A stretch of 64,000 nt of DNA from Basidiobolus meristosporus CBS 931.73 (GCA_002104905.1 MCFE01000132.1:1-64000); one strand, 5' to 3'. Numbered from the stretch's first letter, positions 34,901-49,154 are shown. Program-made: numbers and translations. Notes: generated from the letters alone by a model not told the origin.

Positions 34901-36803
34901 TACTCCAGAAATTAGCTGATCTTGGATCATTTTGCACAAATAATCAAAATTGATGTGCCCAAATCTCCTGTGCCAAAGCATTGGTGTTTCTTCATTTAAG
35001 TTACTTATATTGGCTTCAGAATATGATGGAATATAAGTCAACTTGTATAGATTCTGATCTCTGATACCCAAAGCAATATGGGCATCATTTTGATCAGTGA
35101 TCTTACATCCAGAATTGTCAAAGCTGAAACTGAGTCCTTCTGCAGTGGCCTTGCTTACAGGTAGTAGGTTCTTGGCTATTTCTGATACATAGAGTACTTC
35201 TTTAAAGGTCAGTGTGTCGCTTACTTCACTGCTTCTTAGGTTTACTTGGATAGTTCCTTGTCCCACTGCATCAAGTGTTCTATTCTCACCCATGAAAACC
35301 TTCTTAATTGGAATTTCTTGATATTGGGTAAAAAGTTCTTTTTGGTGCGTAAAGTGTTGAGATGCTGCAGAGTCAATATACCACATCTGAGAATCCTTGT
35401 TTGTGGTAATATATAGTGCAGATATGAATAGTCTATCTTCAGTTGTTGCAGCATTTCCATTTTCAGGCTTCTTTTGCTGATTATCTTTCTTTTTGAGACA
35501 CTGGTCTGATGTGTCTCCTTTCCTTTTGCAGTAGCTACAAAGCAGGTTGCTGTTGCCTATGTAGGGCATTGGTTACCTCCTTTGTTGGTTATCATTGCTT
35601 ATTAAAGCATTTTCTTCTTCCATCTTATTTGCACTTGATTTTGTTAATTCTTCATCCAGGAGCCTTCCATAAATGTATTCAAGGTGAAATCTTCAGTTCT
35701 GGACTCTAGGGCTGATACAAGGCCCTGAGACTTGTCTGTCAGGCTATTCAGGATGGTAACTATGATATCCTCATCAGTAGTTGGTATGCTCAGAGATTCC
35801 ATTTCATCCACCAGCAGGGTATTTCTGTAAATTAGATTTTTCATTTTTTCTCCTAGCAGCATCTTTGTAGTAAAGAATTTTTGTCTCAGATACATTTTTT
35901 TAGCAGCTGAACATGACTGGTAGGTGTCTTCTAATGCCTTCTAGACATTCTTTGCTGTTTTTGCTCTTGAGCATTGAATTAGCAATTTGTCTTTAACATT
36001 AAGGCAAATGCAGTTAAAGGCACTTTGTTCTTTCTTCTGGTACTTTAAGGCTTCCTCTCCAATGCTTTTAAGAGGGAATTTTTCTCCCATGACAATATCC
36101 CAAAGGCCTCTTTCTTGTAGCAGTATCTCCATCTTCACCATCCACACTTGGTAGTTAGATCCATCCAACCTTTCAGCAGAGGGAAAAATTCCAGTAATAG
36201 CAGTGGTAGACATTGCAGAGAGTGACAGCTTGGGGCTCATAACCTGCTGTAAGAGTCTTGGAGATATTGGAAGTGATTTGGAGAACAAGTAGACTATGTG
36301 GTTTTCACTTAATAGACTTGTTCCATTGTGACACTGATCATAGTGCCAGAAAGTGCTGTATATTTTGTTATTAATTTGATATTTTAGGGTCATATGTGTG
36401 TCAATTTTGATCCCAAATTGGCACTGTATGGCACCATCTGGCATGCTATGGCACTATTGGGCACTATGATCAGCTGGAACGATGGAACAAGTTCAATGAT
36501 TTATTGAATGTAAAAGTAGAATTTACTACCTATCTACAAATATATAACATGTAAATCCTCTAGTTCTGTACATTATTTCCAATACTCCTCAGAATATTAC
36601 AACACCAAAAACATAGGTGCAAAGGCTGGGGCTGTTTGGACAACTTTGAGAATTTTCATGTTCTAGGTACCTGGTATTTTGGAGAAAATATTCTAAGTAA
36701 ATCCCAAAAAGGAATTTGGTCAGTATTCTCTAGGACTTGAAGGTAATGATCTAAGTGACTAAGTTAGATGAATATTTAGGTGGAATTATGATTTTTTACA
36801 ACA
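31937..36803 (-). mobile_element. Ty1/copia copy A2, more decayed
   Basis: LTRs 31937-32285 and 36245-36803 (the latter carries a MITE and a replaced segment). Same gag-PR-INT-RT-RH fragments, same PBS and PPT. 5-bp TSD GAGCC/GAACC. Confidence 0.93.
36314..36494. mobile_element. MITE, 181 bp, inserted in the 5' LTR of copia A2
   Basis: AGACTTGTTCCAT...ATGGAACAAGTTC ends; 3-bp AAT duplication relative to the empty LTR sequence CACTTAATGATTT. Confidence 0.8.
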
Positions 36804-38479
36804 GAACCCAATCAGTATTAGCCAATATCTCTTGGCATCCATATTGCCAATAAGTATATATAGTTCTATCCCCCATTATATATTCCTTAGACTGATAAAC
36901 ACAGATGTTGAATCAACAGCCTTGCCTTGTTGATCTACACCTAAGTCCTTTTCTGGTCCTACCTTGCCTAGTTCTACTCTCCTGCCTTGTGTCTATTCAT
37001 AACATTTACATGTTTTGTCACTTACTTTTCTAAGCAAGGCATGCAGGCATAATCTAGACACAGTTGCCTGTGGACTGTTTTCTTCCTGCTGAAGCACACC
37101 TTCTTATTCCCTAAGGCATTCACTTACCCTTGGACTGATACTTCGGAACTGCTGCCTTGATGCATCCTGCATACATGGCTCTTGGAAGCCACTTTGTTCC
37201 ACTTTTATATCAGGCAGTATATTAGTCACTTGAGGCACAAGCTTATTCAAGTCTCCTTGGTTCCCAAAGCTGAAGTATGTGCAGATGTGTCTGGTTTGCT
37301 CCACAAAAATTGCACAGAACTGTTTGTGCACAGTTTCCTCATCAAGTCCATTCACTCTCAGGTCATTGTTGATTTCAAAACCTGTTGTGTTATATATCTT
37401 CTTATATACATCTGCTGGCATCTTGATGTACAACTTATGCCACAGCTCTCTGCTCAAATTCTTCCATCACTCTCAACTCTCTGAGGTGTCCAGTCCTGCT
37501 AGATTAATAAGAGTTGCCAAAATATTGGTATGAAGGCTCATCATAGTCACTTGGGCCATACTGAAATCATCTGGCAAGAACTCAAACAGAGCCAACATTG
37601 TCTTTTTTGGTCTGACAGAGCTAGTAAGCTGGGGGATGGGTTATGTCTGAATTATACAGAAGATGAGCTGAGACTTGGTAAAGGGACCATAGTGCCTGTT
37701 TTGAATTCTTATACAGTATTATATTGGGTCCAACTCAGTCTTAGATCAAATATATATGAATACTAGTGTGATTGGCAAACTTTTCATATTTATGCAAGAT
37801 ACACATTGGATTGCATGGACATGGATCAGATCCCATTAGTTGCAGATTTCCTGTATGACTATAAATCTGTGAATACATCTCCAATAAAATCACCAAGTCA
37901 TTGTTTATGGTTGATTTTTGCAACAAAATGATGGGATATATGGCAATTGATAGAGATCTAATCATAATGCATGTAAAGTAAGATTAACTAAACTGATAGC
38001 ACCAAATTGAATCCAATCAGATAAACCTGATCACCTACCAATCCTATAACAGCTTACTCATCTGAATGGTCTTTTCTCATCAATCCCACAACTACCACCA
38101 GATCTCCTTGTGAAAAATTAGAGGCAATCAATACCAAGTACTGTAGACCATATACCCAAATGCACTCAAGGAGATCCCTTGTCAAGCCTTTCTGCTTTTA
38201 CAAGTGCTATTGCCCTACAAGGTTTCATCCCACTGCCCATGGCAACAGGTGCTCTGGAAGCTTTCATTCCCAGCTGAAAGCAAAGGAGAACCACCTTACA
38301 GATGGTATGAAGGAACTAGAACAAGCTGAGAATACTAGGCTCAAGAGTTCCAACAGATTTCCCCCTAGGAAACATAATTTAGTCATGTCAGTGGATCCAA
38401 TCCACATCAGCTGTCAGGACTCCACCATGGGCATGTCATAATGGCAGGACCTTGGATTATTATCCCTCCATATGATCTT

Positions 38480-41200
38480 ATGATGGATTGCAGCAGCATT
38501 TTGCTAATTTTGCTGCCAAACAAAGTAAAAGGCTTGAGAGTGTTATTGTGGTCTTTCAGCAAGAATTGCCTGGCATTCTAAAGGACTTAATGTGATCTTC
38601 ATTCATTTGGGCAGACCTAGCCAGCCAATACATCCAATTACCTTATATGGCAAGAAGCTTGATGGTGTTTGAGAGCTTCATTGCAAACCTCTGCTGGCAT
38701 TATATCAGCAGTACAGCAGCTTACAGAGGGTTCTGTACAACACTATTATGCCAATTTACCAAATGATAATTTCCTTTTATACCTCCCCTTGCCCCATTCA
38801 TATATTCCACTGTAAAGTCACCCCTCTATATTTGCTTACCTGCTACTACCTTAGGTACTCCACATGTAGTTTGATCAAAAAAACTATGGCCTCCTGCATT
38901 CTAACCTCTACATAAGTGCACACCTACTGCAACTGACACACTTGTATCACTTCTACTCTACTGCTTTGTAGTGTGATACTTGCAAAGCTGCCATATACAT
39001 TAAATTACTAGTGCAGTTATATCTTGCAAACATATGCTTGGTTGCTGCAACTTTTGCCATATACACCTCCTGAATATCTGCAACAAACTTTTGGTATTTG
39101 CTAATACATTCCTTCTTCCTGCTGGATCCTGGTAGCCCCTATAGTTGTGCTCTGGCTCTTGCTTGTGTGAGTTCCATATTGAATGGTGTAGAAGCTGGCT
39201 TATGACCATAACAAACCTGGCATATCTTGGCAAAGTAGTCCTGATAAAAATTAGTTGCCTGATGCACCCAGCCCAACCTTGCATTACTTAACTGATTACC
39301 AACTCATTGGGGCTGCTTAGCTTCTTAATGCCAAAGGCATAAGTGTGTTCATATGCATATCTGTCCTCAGAATTTTACAACTCTTCCTGGCAGTCCTCCA
39401 TGTGCCACATCACATCCTTCACAGACTTGATGATGATATTCATGACAGGATTGGGATATGGTAGTACCTGCCACTTGACTTGTCTTCCTATCTCCCAACA
39501 CATCCACTCCATAGAACACTCCCAACAGGTGAAGCAGGGCCCAATATTTTCCATACCCCAAGCAAGGTAAAGTGGAGAATGGAAACAGTGGTGTCAGAGA
39601 TCTATGCATTCAGCTTTTTGCTTGTTGTACAGCTGCTCAAATCCCATCACAGGCACCTTGCATAATAGCAGTAGATGCATCAAGTTAGCATTGGTGATCT
39701 GCCTCTGGATAAATATTCTTACAATGTCAGCATATGACTCCCAATGCTTCCAATGTATTCTGGGTAGAAATGGCCTCCAAAAGCCACTTGAATAAATACA
39801 TACTTTCATTTGTATTGTTGCAAATGCATATGAGTATTGATAGGAGTCTACAAGAAGTACTTTGGGTAGCAGTTACTCTATAATATCTTACCAATTCTTT
39901 CAAGTTCCTCCAGTATATCAAAGGGCTTATTCTGCTTAATGTACTCCATATATACTTGGTCAATAGTGTAGGGATATTGTTGAAAAGCAAATGCATTTCT
40001 CCCAGTGGAAGGCTTTTGCTTCATCAGATACACTTTATCTTAAGCATCTCCAATTTCCAATTAACTCCATATCCCAGCAAATGGCTTCAAGCTTGCCAAC
40101 ATTACTGCAATTGCTTGCTGACTTCTGTACATTCCCTCTGTGAGAAGATGATGCTCTTAGTGCTAGTGTTTGAACAATCAAGATGTGTGTGAGTAATGGA
40201 GTAAATCCCCTGGATCTCATACATTTGACAGCAATGCCATCCATTACGCCCTGAAAAGCCACATATCTTCCTGATAGCTGGTGTATCTCCAATGCAGATA
40301 ATTGTATGAGCTTTGATACAACAGCCATCTAGTTGTATCCTGCTGAAAGCATACAAACCAATCCAGCAATGCTTACAAGTAGCTGTCCAGGCTGGACAGT
40401 GATTTAGGCCCAGATGCCAGTGAGACTACCTTCAGATTTCTGCTCTGATACTCTAAGATAGGGAGCATATCAGCATTAGTGAGAATCAGTGGCCAGCAGG
40501 ATTTGCTGGTAGAAAGCCTTTGTAATGAGAATCCATCAAGTACCTAGGTAAAGTCATGGTTGTACAAGCTCTGAAAGCAGTTGTTCTTTGTAGGTTGTAT
40601 GTAATGTTTGCCATCAAATATACTGAAAAAGCTCACACTGGATTGTTGCCAAGTGCAGTACTCTATAGCTGCACAATATTTGTTGGACTACATTAGCTTC
40701 TTTAGATGGGGCATTACGGGTGTATATTTGGAGTGTGAACAATGTTCTCCTCTAATGGTTCTGAATTCCCAATAAGTTGAGCACCTTACAATGGTGGCAT
40801 TTTCCAATGCTAATGCTATGAAACTGCTAACACTTGCCGGTATCAGGATGATTGCTGGGTCATTTGGAGCCAGATGCTTGATGGTTGTTCATATGTACCA
40901 TATACATGGTTAATTGCATCCCACAATGACTTGGGCTAAAATTAGGGGTATATGCACAAGGTCCCCATTCCTGACATTTGTGGGAACATGTCATTTCTCT
41001 GGCCATAACATCACATCATTCACCAGTTGATGAATTACTGGGCTTATTTAGCTCCACAAGGTATCCATGGCATCTTTTCCTATGGGTGTAGTCTCATTGC
41101 ATATTGGGATCTCACTGGGCTCATGCAGGGTCCTGTTGTTATGGCCAATAGGCACACAATCCATTTGTTAGCCTTCTTCTTCCAAGCTATCACTCTGCAT
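38480..41200 (-). pseudogene. CACTA-type transposase relic, second copy, longer
   Basis: Colinear nucleotide similarity to 21700-23600 and, at its 5' part, to 44720-45480; IICIGDTPAIRKICGFSGRNGWHCCQM fragment. Confidence 0.72.
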
Positions 41201-41427
41201 GCCATATTCAGAAGGCTGAGGTAAGCCTAAAGTGGTCACACACTCACCTGACTCAGTTTGAGCAATGCAACAGAGACAGCTGGGTGCCAATATAGAAGCA
41301 TCAACTTGCCAGCAAGATAATGAGTGTCAAACTGTTTGCCCCATGGACATGACTACTTTGATTCAACACTGTAAGAGAAGAGAAAAGAGACCATGTTGCT
41401 ATTGTAATAAGCCTCTCAGCCATGAAG

Positions 41428-44400
41428 TGTAGTAATGGAAAGTATTCCATTACTACAATATCTCTAAACCAATATTGCACTCATTTCTTTATTTTGCTTT
41501 TGCTATTGTAACACACAAGTGAAAGATCAAGAATTTCCAGCTTTGAAGGACAAATCCTCCAGACCCTGACAAGCAATCCACCCAAGAATATAATGTCATA
41601 CAGAACACGTAGTAGCCAGCACATGTTGCAAATTACAGCTCAATTGAAGCAGTACTTAAGGAGTTATGACCAAAAGAGTCCAATTATTATATAAACTGTG
41701 ACTTATTGCTAGGATTTTTATGGTGACTTTGATTGCATGTAGCTTTTGACCCAGCCAATCAAATTATGTGACACTATCACAGGTGCTGCGCCTATGTCCG
41801 ATCTGCGCCACTGCAAAATTTTAGCTTTGTATCACGTGTATTGCTTGCACAATTGCCCAAAAACTTTGATTGTTTAAAATTTTCATATAAATGACTTCCC
41901 CAGCTGAAAAATAAAGGGTGAGCCTCTCTTTCCAGAATCTCCACACTACAATTACCAATTTAAAGGTTATAAGACTTCCCCTGCATCACTTGCACTGTTG
42001 AGTATTCTGACTTTGATTGGTACTACATCAGTAAAGAGACTGCAAAGCTCACAAGAATCCAATCTAAGTTCTACAAGAAACTACCACTTTTCTGTTGGAA
42101 AAGTCCACTCTAAGAAACCCCTTTACTCTAAAGACACCCCTTTAGTCTAAAGATCCCTTCAGAGACCTCTTTAAGAAGCCCCTTTACTCTAAAGAAGTCC
42201 CTTTAGGCACCCCTTTAGTGTAAAGTCCGCTTTAGAGACCACTACCAGAAGCCCCTTTACTCTAAAGACACCCCTTTGGAGACTTCTACAACACACCCCT
42301 TTAGGTGAAAGGGGAGTTCACAGCTTCCATATTAGGAAACCTTTTCTCAGAAGGGAAAGTGACTTCCAAATAAGGAAAAGTTACTATAAAAGTAAATAAG
42401 CCCATTAGTCAACAGAAGGTCAGAACACTGCTGTAGAAGTGATATACACTGCCTATAGTATATTGTTATGATCTGCCGCTTGAATGTTTAAGTTAAATAA
42501 GTTTTTGGTCAAATCAATTAGTATATGTTTAGGTTATCAGTATATCAGTATTATCTATCAAATCAGTAGCATTAGTCAGCAATTGAATCAGCAGATCCTT
42601 ATCAGACAGAAATAGATATATTAAGTAGGATCTTATTGGGTGATGATGATGCAATCAGATGAGTCATCAGCCACAACCTACATTAGGAAATACAATTAGT
42701 CAGCAATTTATCTGGCAAAATGTCTATAAGGAGCTGCTGGAACCTCAATAAAAATCAGTTCAAGTTTTAGTGAATACAATACTAGCTAAACTCCCTATTC
42801 CTCTACAACTCTTATACCAAGACTTGTAACAATATTTTGAGCCTAAGATTGAGGAAATTAGTGAAAGTTATATCTTCTATTGGTATATCAGACTCCCAAT
42901 AAGCTATTTCAGTATTGGCATACTGGAAGTTGTTATATATTGTTAATTATCCTCTGCATTGTAGAACAAGCCCCAAACTAATCATAATACAACACAACAA
43001 GAATTTGGTGGAGGACCTGAGTAGTTTGAACCTTTCACTATACAAGCATCAGGAAACTTTACAAGAATGACCATTACACCACTCTCAGAGCTAATAGCCA
43101 CTTTAAAATGTGCCATTCCAGTAAAGCTCTCAGGAAAGAATGTTACTGAGTCTCTAGAAGAGTTTAACAATATAGCTGCAGCATTCAAGCTATCACACAA
43201 TAACAAAATCCAGTTATTTCCCTTTCTCTGTGAAGTTGAAGTATCAAGATTCTTACAAAGTTTGGATCCATTTAAGATATCTGTTGGTGCTAACTATAAC
43301 TGGGACACTGCTCAACAAGCTATTTTAGCTGAGTACCAAAAGGAAGAACAGTTTGTTACACTAAATGAGCTAGAAATGCCTTACAACAAGACCCAACTGT
43401 TGCAAAGTACATTCAAAAGTTTGAGTCAAAAGCAAGGCATGCTGAAGCAGCTATTGGAATTTCAAGATTTTATCAGAGAAACTATTTTCTGATGAATATG
43501 CCTCCTGAGATACGTAATGGCATTAGCCACCAAGTTCAGGCTACAAGTTCCTACAATAATGTTAAACAAATGGTGTTAAACTATCAATAAGGGAGACAAG
43601 TCATGGATTTCATTAATACTCAAATGAGGATTTCCACTCCATCTGAACAAATTCTTCATTGAACAAATAACCCACAAAGTGATCAGGTTAATGAATTAAT
43701 TGATGCATTAGGAAAACTGACGCTTAAGTTGGACTCTCAAAGTGTACCATCATCAAGCATCAACAAGGCAAGACCAGAAAATCCCAAAACAACCAGTAGT
43801 TATCCACAGCAAACCAAATATTGTGTGTACTGTGAATCTGCTGAGCATAGCCATTATGGTTGTCAAATATTGAATATTGATATTGACAGTCATAAGGTTA
43901 TGATTGAATGTTATGGGAAGATCTGTGATTTTGGTGGAAACCCCTTGCCTATCAACAGAGGTTATGGTGGAATGAGATCCTTTGTACTTGCTCAAGAAGA
44001 GTCAGTAAAAGCATCATGACATCAAATTTCATACAAATCCAAAAGACTGCAGAAATTCCAAGCAATGAATGTTACGTACTCACAATATCAGACCCATCAG
44101 GGCAGGTCCAAGAATATCTAATGGAAAAAGAGGAAGTTGAAGAGTTTAATTGCCTTATTGATAAGAGAAAGTATGTTTCTACAGAGAACAATCCTAAAAA
44201 AGTGTGCACCAACAAAAGAAATCAGCCAGTTGTTGAAATACCAGTACAGTCGGAAACATCAAAAATCCAAAAAGAACACTTGCAATCTCAATTTAAGTAT
44301 GATTCTACTGCAATTACACAGAGAGTTATTGATAAATTCTGGAAATCTACATTTACACAACTTACAAATCAAGAAATGTTCACTGACATCAGTAAGATCA

Positions 44401-44715
44401 GTCAACTACTACCAGGAATAGTTAAGCCTATGAACAAAGATATCCTGAAGAATTATCAAGACAGTCATCAACAACATTATCAAGTGAACAACCACAATTT
44501 GAAGTGGAAAAAGCCTTTTACTCTATTACAACAGGAAGCTATGCTGCTACAATCAAAAATGTTGAAGTGGAATGTGTTTTTAATTCTGGATCAGAAATTA
44601 ATGCTATCATTGCTATGACTTTTGAAAAAATCAAATTGCCATTAACAGAAGTTGACTGGAATATGAGAACTGCTACAGGTGCAACAGAAAAGATGCTTGG
44701 ACTTTTTGTAATCCA
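41428..44715 (+). mobile_element. Truncated gypsy-type element of LTR family B: 5' LTR, PBS, gag, zinc-knuckle-like segment, protease remnant
   Basis: LTR 41428-42999, then TGGTGGAGG PBS-like sequence at about 43006. Gag-like ORF 43067-43492, CVYCESAEHSHYGC, retropepsin-like VFNSGSEIN (D to N). No RT follows. Confidence 0.7.
42464..42831 (+). repeat. Solo LTR family D inserted in LTR-B
   Basis: TGTTATG...GTAACA ends, TSD ATAT/ATAT; empty site visible in the solo LTR-B near 27685. Confidence 0.88.
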
Positions 44716-44719
44716 TTTA

Positions 44720-45480
44720 CTGGTGAATGATAAGATATTGTGGCTAGAGAAGTGGCAGGTTTCCACTAATATCAGTAATGAGCACCTTGAGGATTTGCTA
44801 CTACTTGCCAAAATCATCCCAGGATGCAGCTTACCATGTACATAGTATAAATGGAGAGCCATCATGCTGCAGGCAGCATATGACGCAGAGATTGTCCTGA
44901 TACTAGCATGTGTCAACAGTTGAGTGGCATTTATACCAGAAAATGCCACCATTACAAGGTGTCCAACTTGTCAGGAATCCACCATCATTGGGGGAAAACA
45001 TTGTGCACACTCTGGTTATATTCCAGTAATACTCCTTCTGAAGAAGCTCATGCAGTCCAATGAATATTGTGAAGCTATAAGGTACTGTACTCAGTATCTA
45101 TTAGGTGCAAATATATCAGATATACTTGATAGCATATGTTATAAACAGCTAAGAAGCAAGGGCTACCATGAAGATATGTATGAGTATGCCTTTGCTTTGG
45201 CACTTGATGGTTTCTCATTAAATAAGTACTCTACCAGCAAATCATGCTGGCTACTGATTGTCTTCATCCTGAATCTGTCACCTATCTTACCATATCAGAG
45301 CAGAAAGTTGATGGCAGTCTCTCTGATATCTGGGCCTAAAGCACCATCCAACCTGGATTGCCGCCTGTATCCATTGCTGGATGAATTTTGTACGCTTTCT
45401 AGTGAGATAACAGTAAATGGACATAATATAAAAGCACATATAATTACCTGCATTGCAGATACCCCAGCTTCCCCAAGACC
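44720..45480 (+). pseudogene. CACTA-type transposase N-terminal half (Transposase_21)
   Basis: ORF 44924-45508: CPTC, ALDGF, WLLIVFILNLSP, ISGPKAP, PLLDEF, IITCIADTPA, after which similarity stops. Confidence 0.78.
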
Positions 45481-46793
45481 CCATGACAAGGAGGGCCAAA
45501 AGCTCTAAACAATCATCAAAAAGACATCAGGCAGCTGGAAGAGTACCAATAAGGGACAAGCAGGCAGAAACAGATGCACCAGCACAACATTTCTCAAGGA
45601 AAAAGTGTAGTTCCACTCTAAATGCACTCAGTCAAATTAGTAGTGAAGGACTTGGAAGTGATAAAATCAGTGGCTACCTCAGGAGCCTGAGACAACTTGG
45701 GCTGAGGGATCAAAACAAGCAGGAAGAAGCTTCAGGCTGCCTGAAGAGTGACAGCAAGGGACACACAGGCCAAGACAAATGCATCAGTGCAGCATTTATC
45801 AAGGAGAAAATGTAGTTCAATACAGGAAGCACTTGGACAAAGTAGCAGTGAAAGACCTGGCAGTAATAAAGGAAAAAGTCCACCCAAGCCAGTGCCAGGG
45901 AAGCATAAGAGAAGAGCAGCAGTTCTTGCCGATTAACACTGTAAGCTTAGAACAGACAGAATTCCATCATTGCCAGACAAATTACCCGCAAGAAAACAAC
46001 TGTTTTCACAAGAGCTGGAAGTGCAGCCAGTTGAGTTACATTCCAGCAAGGCAGATGAATTTGCCAAGAAAGGCAATATGCCAACCACAGCCTCCACAAC
46101 CTCCATTGCTAAAAGAGTGGAAGTTCTATCAACACACAAAGCAACAACATCAAACAGTCAAAAAGTTTGCACAATGCCTTCTGTGGAATTTTGGAACATA
46201 AAAGGCACACCAAGAGGTTCCAGCACTTCTTCAGGAGCAGTTCTCAAGAAAATGCACTTGAATAGTGCAAGGATTTGTTTCAAAGACTGGCAGTTTAGGT
46301 GCTAAACCTTGCAGTGCTGCCTGAAGACCAGGATATATGGGAGCCAGTGAACAAATGGTGGCATAAAGCCATAGGGTTTCTGCCAAAGTCATGGAAACGG
46401 AGCAATACAACATAAGTACTTATTGAGTGGCAGATTTTGATGGAGTTATTTGTTGGGTGTGGGATTGAGCTCAATGCTAGTGCAGGGTAAAGGGAACAGC
46501 ATAGGTCAATACAATTGGCCATTAAGGTACAACTGAAGTTTCAACAGCAATGAATCAATTTGTATACATGAAAGTGAGAGAAATGGTTAAGCCAGGAATT
46601 AAGGAGTGCAAAAAAGAGGTAACAGCCAATCAATTTGCACAAGTCTCAGAGGTGATAGAGTGTCTGGGATCAGAAAGTGAGAGAATTGGCGGAGAGCCAA
46701 TCAAAAGCCATTTATGTATTGTAGTGATGAAGAATTTTGGCCAATTTTTTGTGAAATCTGCAGTGCAGTTACTATCTTTGAGTCTTTGCACAG

Positions 46794-47911
46794 TGTAGTG
46801 GGGTCACAGTGACACCCACTGACAGATGTGCTCATTCCCATTTTTTCTACTTCCCTATTTTTTACTACCCTTACATAAGTTTTATCCCCTTTGTCTTACT
46901 TGATATCTACTATCCTATAAGCTGGCTGACTATCACACCTGTGTACCTTGTTGCATAAGTTATCCCTTACTTTATGTGAGATTACTTGATGTAAGTGCTT
47001 CTATATTTGGCCGGTACCCACACCAGTACCTGTAACACATGAACAAACTGTGTCACCATCCCTACCACTTTAATACCATATATGGGATCCCTATGTTACA
47101 CAGGTTCAAATACTGATACCTGATTGGATGGGTTTGCTGGGCCTCTTAGAGCCTTCTGGCTGCTACTTAGAGCATTCTTAGCTCATTCTGATGTCATTGA
47201 GACTTCTATTTGAACACAAGAACCTTCTGGAACACCATGATTAGAAATTATTTTGCCAGTGAGAAAAGTATATATGGGGAGCAATCCCTCAACAATAAAT
47301 CACCATCTGTTTTGTCCATATAAAACTTGCTTATTATTCTGATCACTGCTACCTGCTGCTACCTGAACTTCCAATCCCAGACTACAGGACACTCCCAGGA
47401 AGCCATGCTGACAGTCAATTGACCTTGGAGGCACTACTTGTGAGCAATACTCAAAGTAGGTATCTTTTAATATATTTGATTCCTTCCCAAGTTTGCTCTT
47501 GTACAGGCTAAGATACTTTTCTGTCTTTGTCACTATTGACCACTGCTGCATTCTTATCAAGTCCCAGCTGGTGGAATTTACAGTTGCTTTGACTTGGAAG
47601 TTTTAGTACATTGTCATCTCAGAGGACACTGAACCCAGCACACACTTTTATTAAGACACCAACTAGTTCACAAATCTTCTATGTCAAAACCTTTTTGAAA
47701 AAAATGATACCAACCAAGTTGGGTATTGTTGGTCAACAGCTTTCCTTTGTCAAGCTTGTGGCTTTATTCACCATCACATTAAATTAGAGACAGAATCCAA
47801 GTATTCCTAGCAAGCTTTTGCCAGATGTTATTGCACCCAATGGGCACCACACACACAGAACACTTGAGAAGTGTTAGATGTTTCTCTCCCTTGGACTTAT
47901 ACACCACCACA
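46794..47911. repeat. Solo LTR family C
   Basis: TGTAGTGG...ACCACA ends, TSD ACAG/ACAG; reverse orientation relative to the 23615 copy. Confidence 0.82.
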
Positions 47912-49154
47912 ACAGTGTCTTGATGGGGTCAATACCTCTTAGTCACAGGACTTAGAATTTGTGATGGCCTTTGATAAAATCCTCACAGTTATTTCTCATG
48001 GGGTATAATACTAAAATATAAATCAGAAGTTGCATTCAGAAGTGCATGTCTCCACCATTACGTTTGCAAGAGTTTGCCAAGACCTAAAGCTACCACATGC
48101 AGCCTGGTGTTAAGAAAAATGGTATCACAGAGGCTCTGACAAGTCATATACTATGCTGCAACAGGTCAATGAAGCCTTGAGATTTACTCAGTGTACCATC
48201 CTCAGTATTAGAGACTCTGAATGAAGTCATCAGAACAAGAAAGCACCCAATTCAATCAGCCCAAGGTAACCAGGTAAAGGGAGCTCTGGGGAGCCAATAT
48301 ATAAGTAAGCTGGGTCAAAACCTGAGATCTTACAACTCAGTGGCATCTATAACAACTATTAAAACTACTTTCTATCAAGGAACCTTATGTCATGTAGTGA
48401 GTGGGTCTAAGTTATGTGAGCTGCTTTTACAGGCTTTGGACAAACTTGCACACAAAGACCTATTGCCCATGGACTTTAACATCAACTGGAGCATGAGTAG
48501 TGCCAACTACAGAAAATCAAAGATTTTAGGAATCAGTATAGTTTCTGACTCACTAATCAAAGAAAAACAGCCCAATATCTCAATCTTAGTTTGTTTCAAT
48601 GGCAACTTTGACTGACTTCTTACAAGGCCTTGGGGGGTGAAAGCAAGAGCAACTGAAGTAAACTGCCAACATGGCTTAGCAGGGTATACTATATATTCAG
48701 AGTGCCCAGGACTATTGGCAATCTTTTGTGGTGTGCATTCAAGTATAATACAAGCAATGAGTTCATGTAGACTTTTATCTCAAGAAAAGGCAGAAATTTG
48801 ATTAAGGATCACTCAGAGAGCATTTTGTTCTCCATACTTGCAATGGTTAGCTAAAAAGGAGGATATATATGATCTATTAAAGTAAATATCACAAGGCAGG
48901 AATAAATGTGCAAATAGCTTCATTGGGAGTTAAATATCCCAGATCAGGAATGAAGAATGCTCAGGCTAAATAGAGTTGAAAAGACTAGTCTGGAAGAAGA
49001 AACACCATGTCAACTGGTGAAGAATAAGGCTACCATAATGCTGACCATTTGTTAGTCCTAGCAGATGATATATGGAATACATGAGGAGAGCAATTATCCA
49101 GATCCAGTTAAGGGTATATGGAGAAGAGTCTAGGTGAATCACACTACATAGAAG

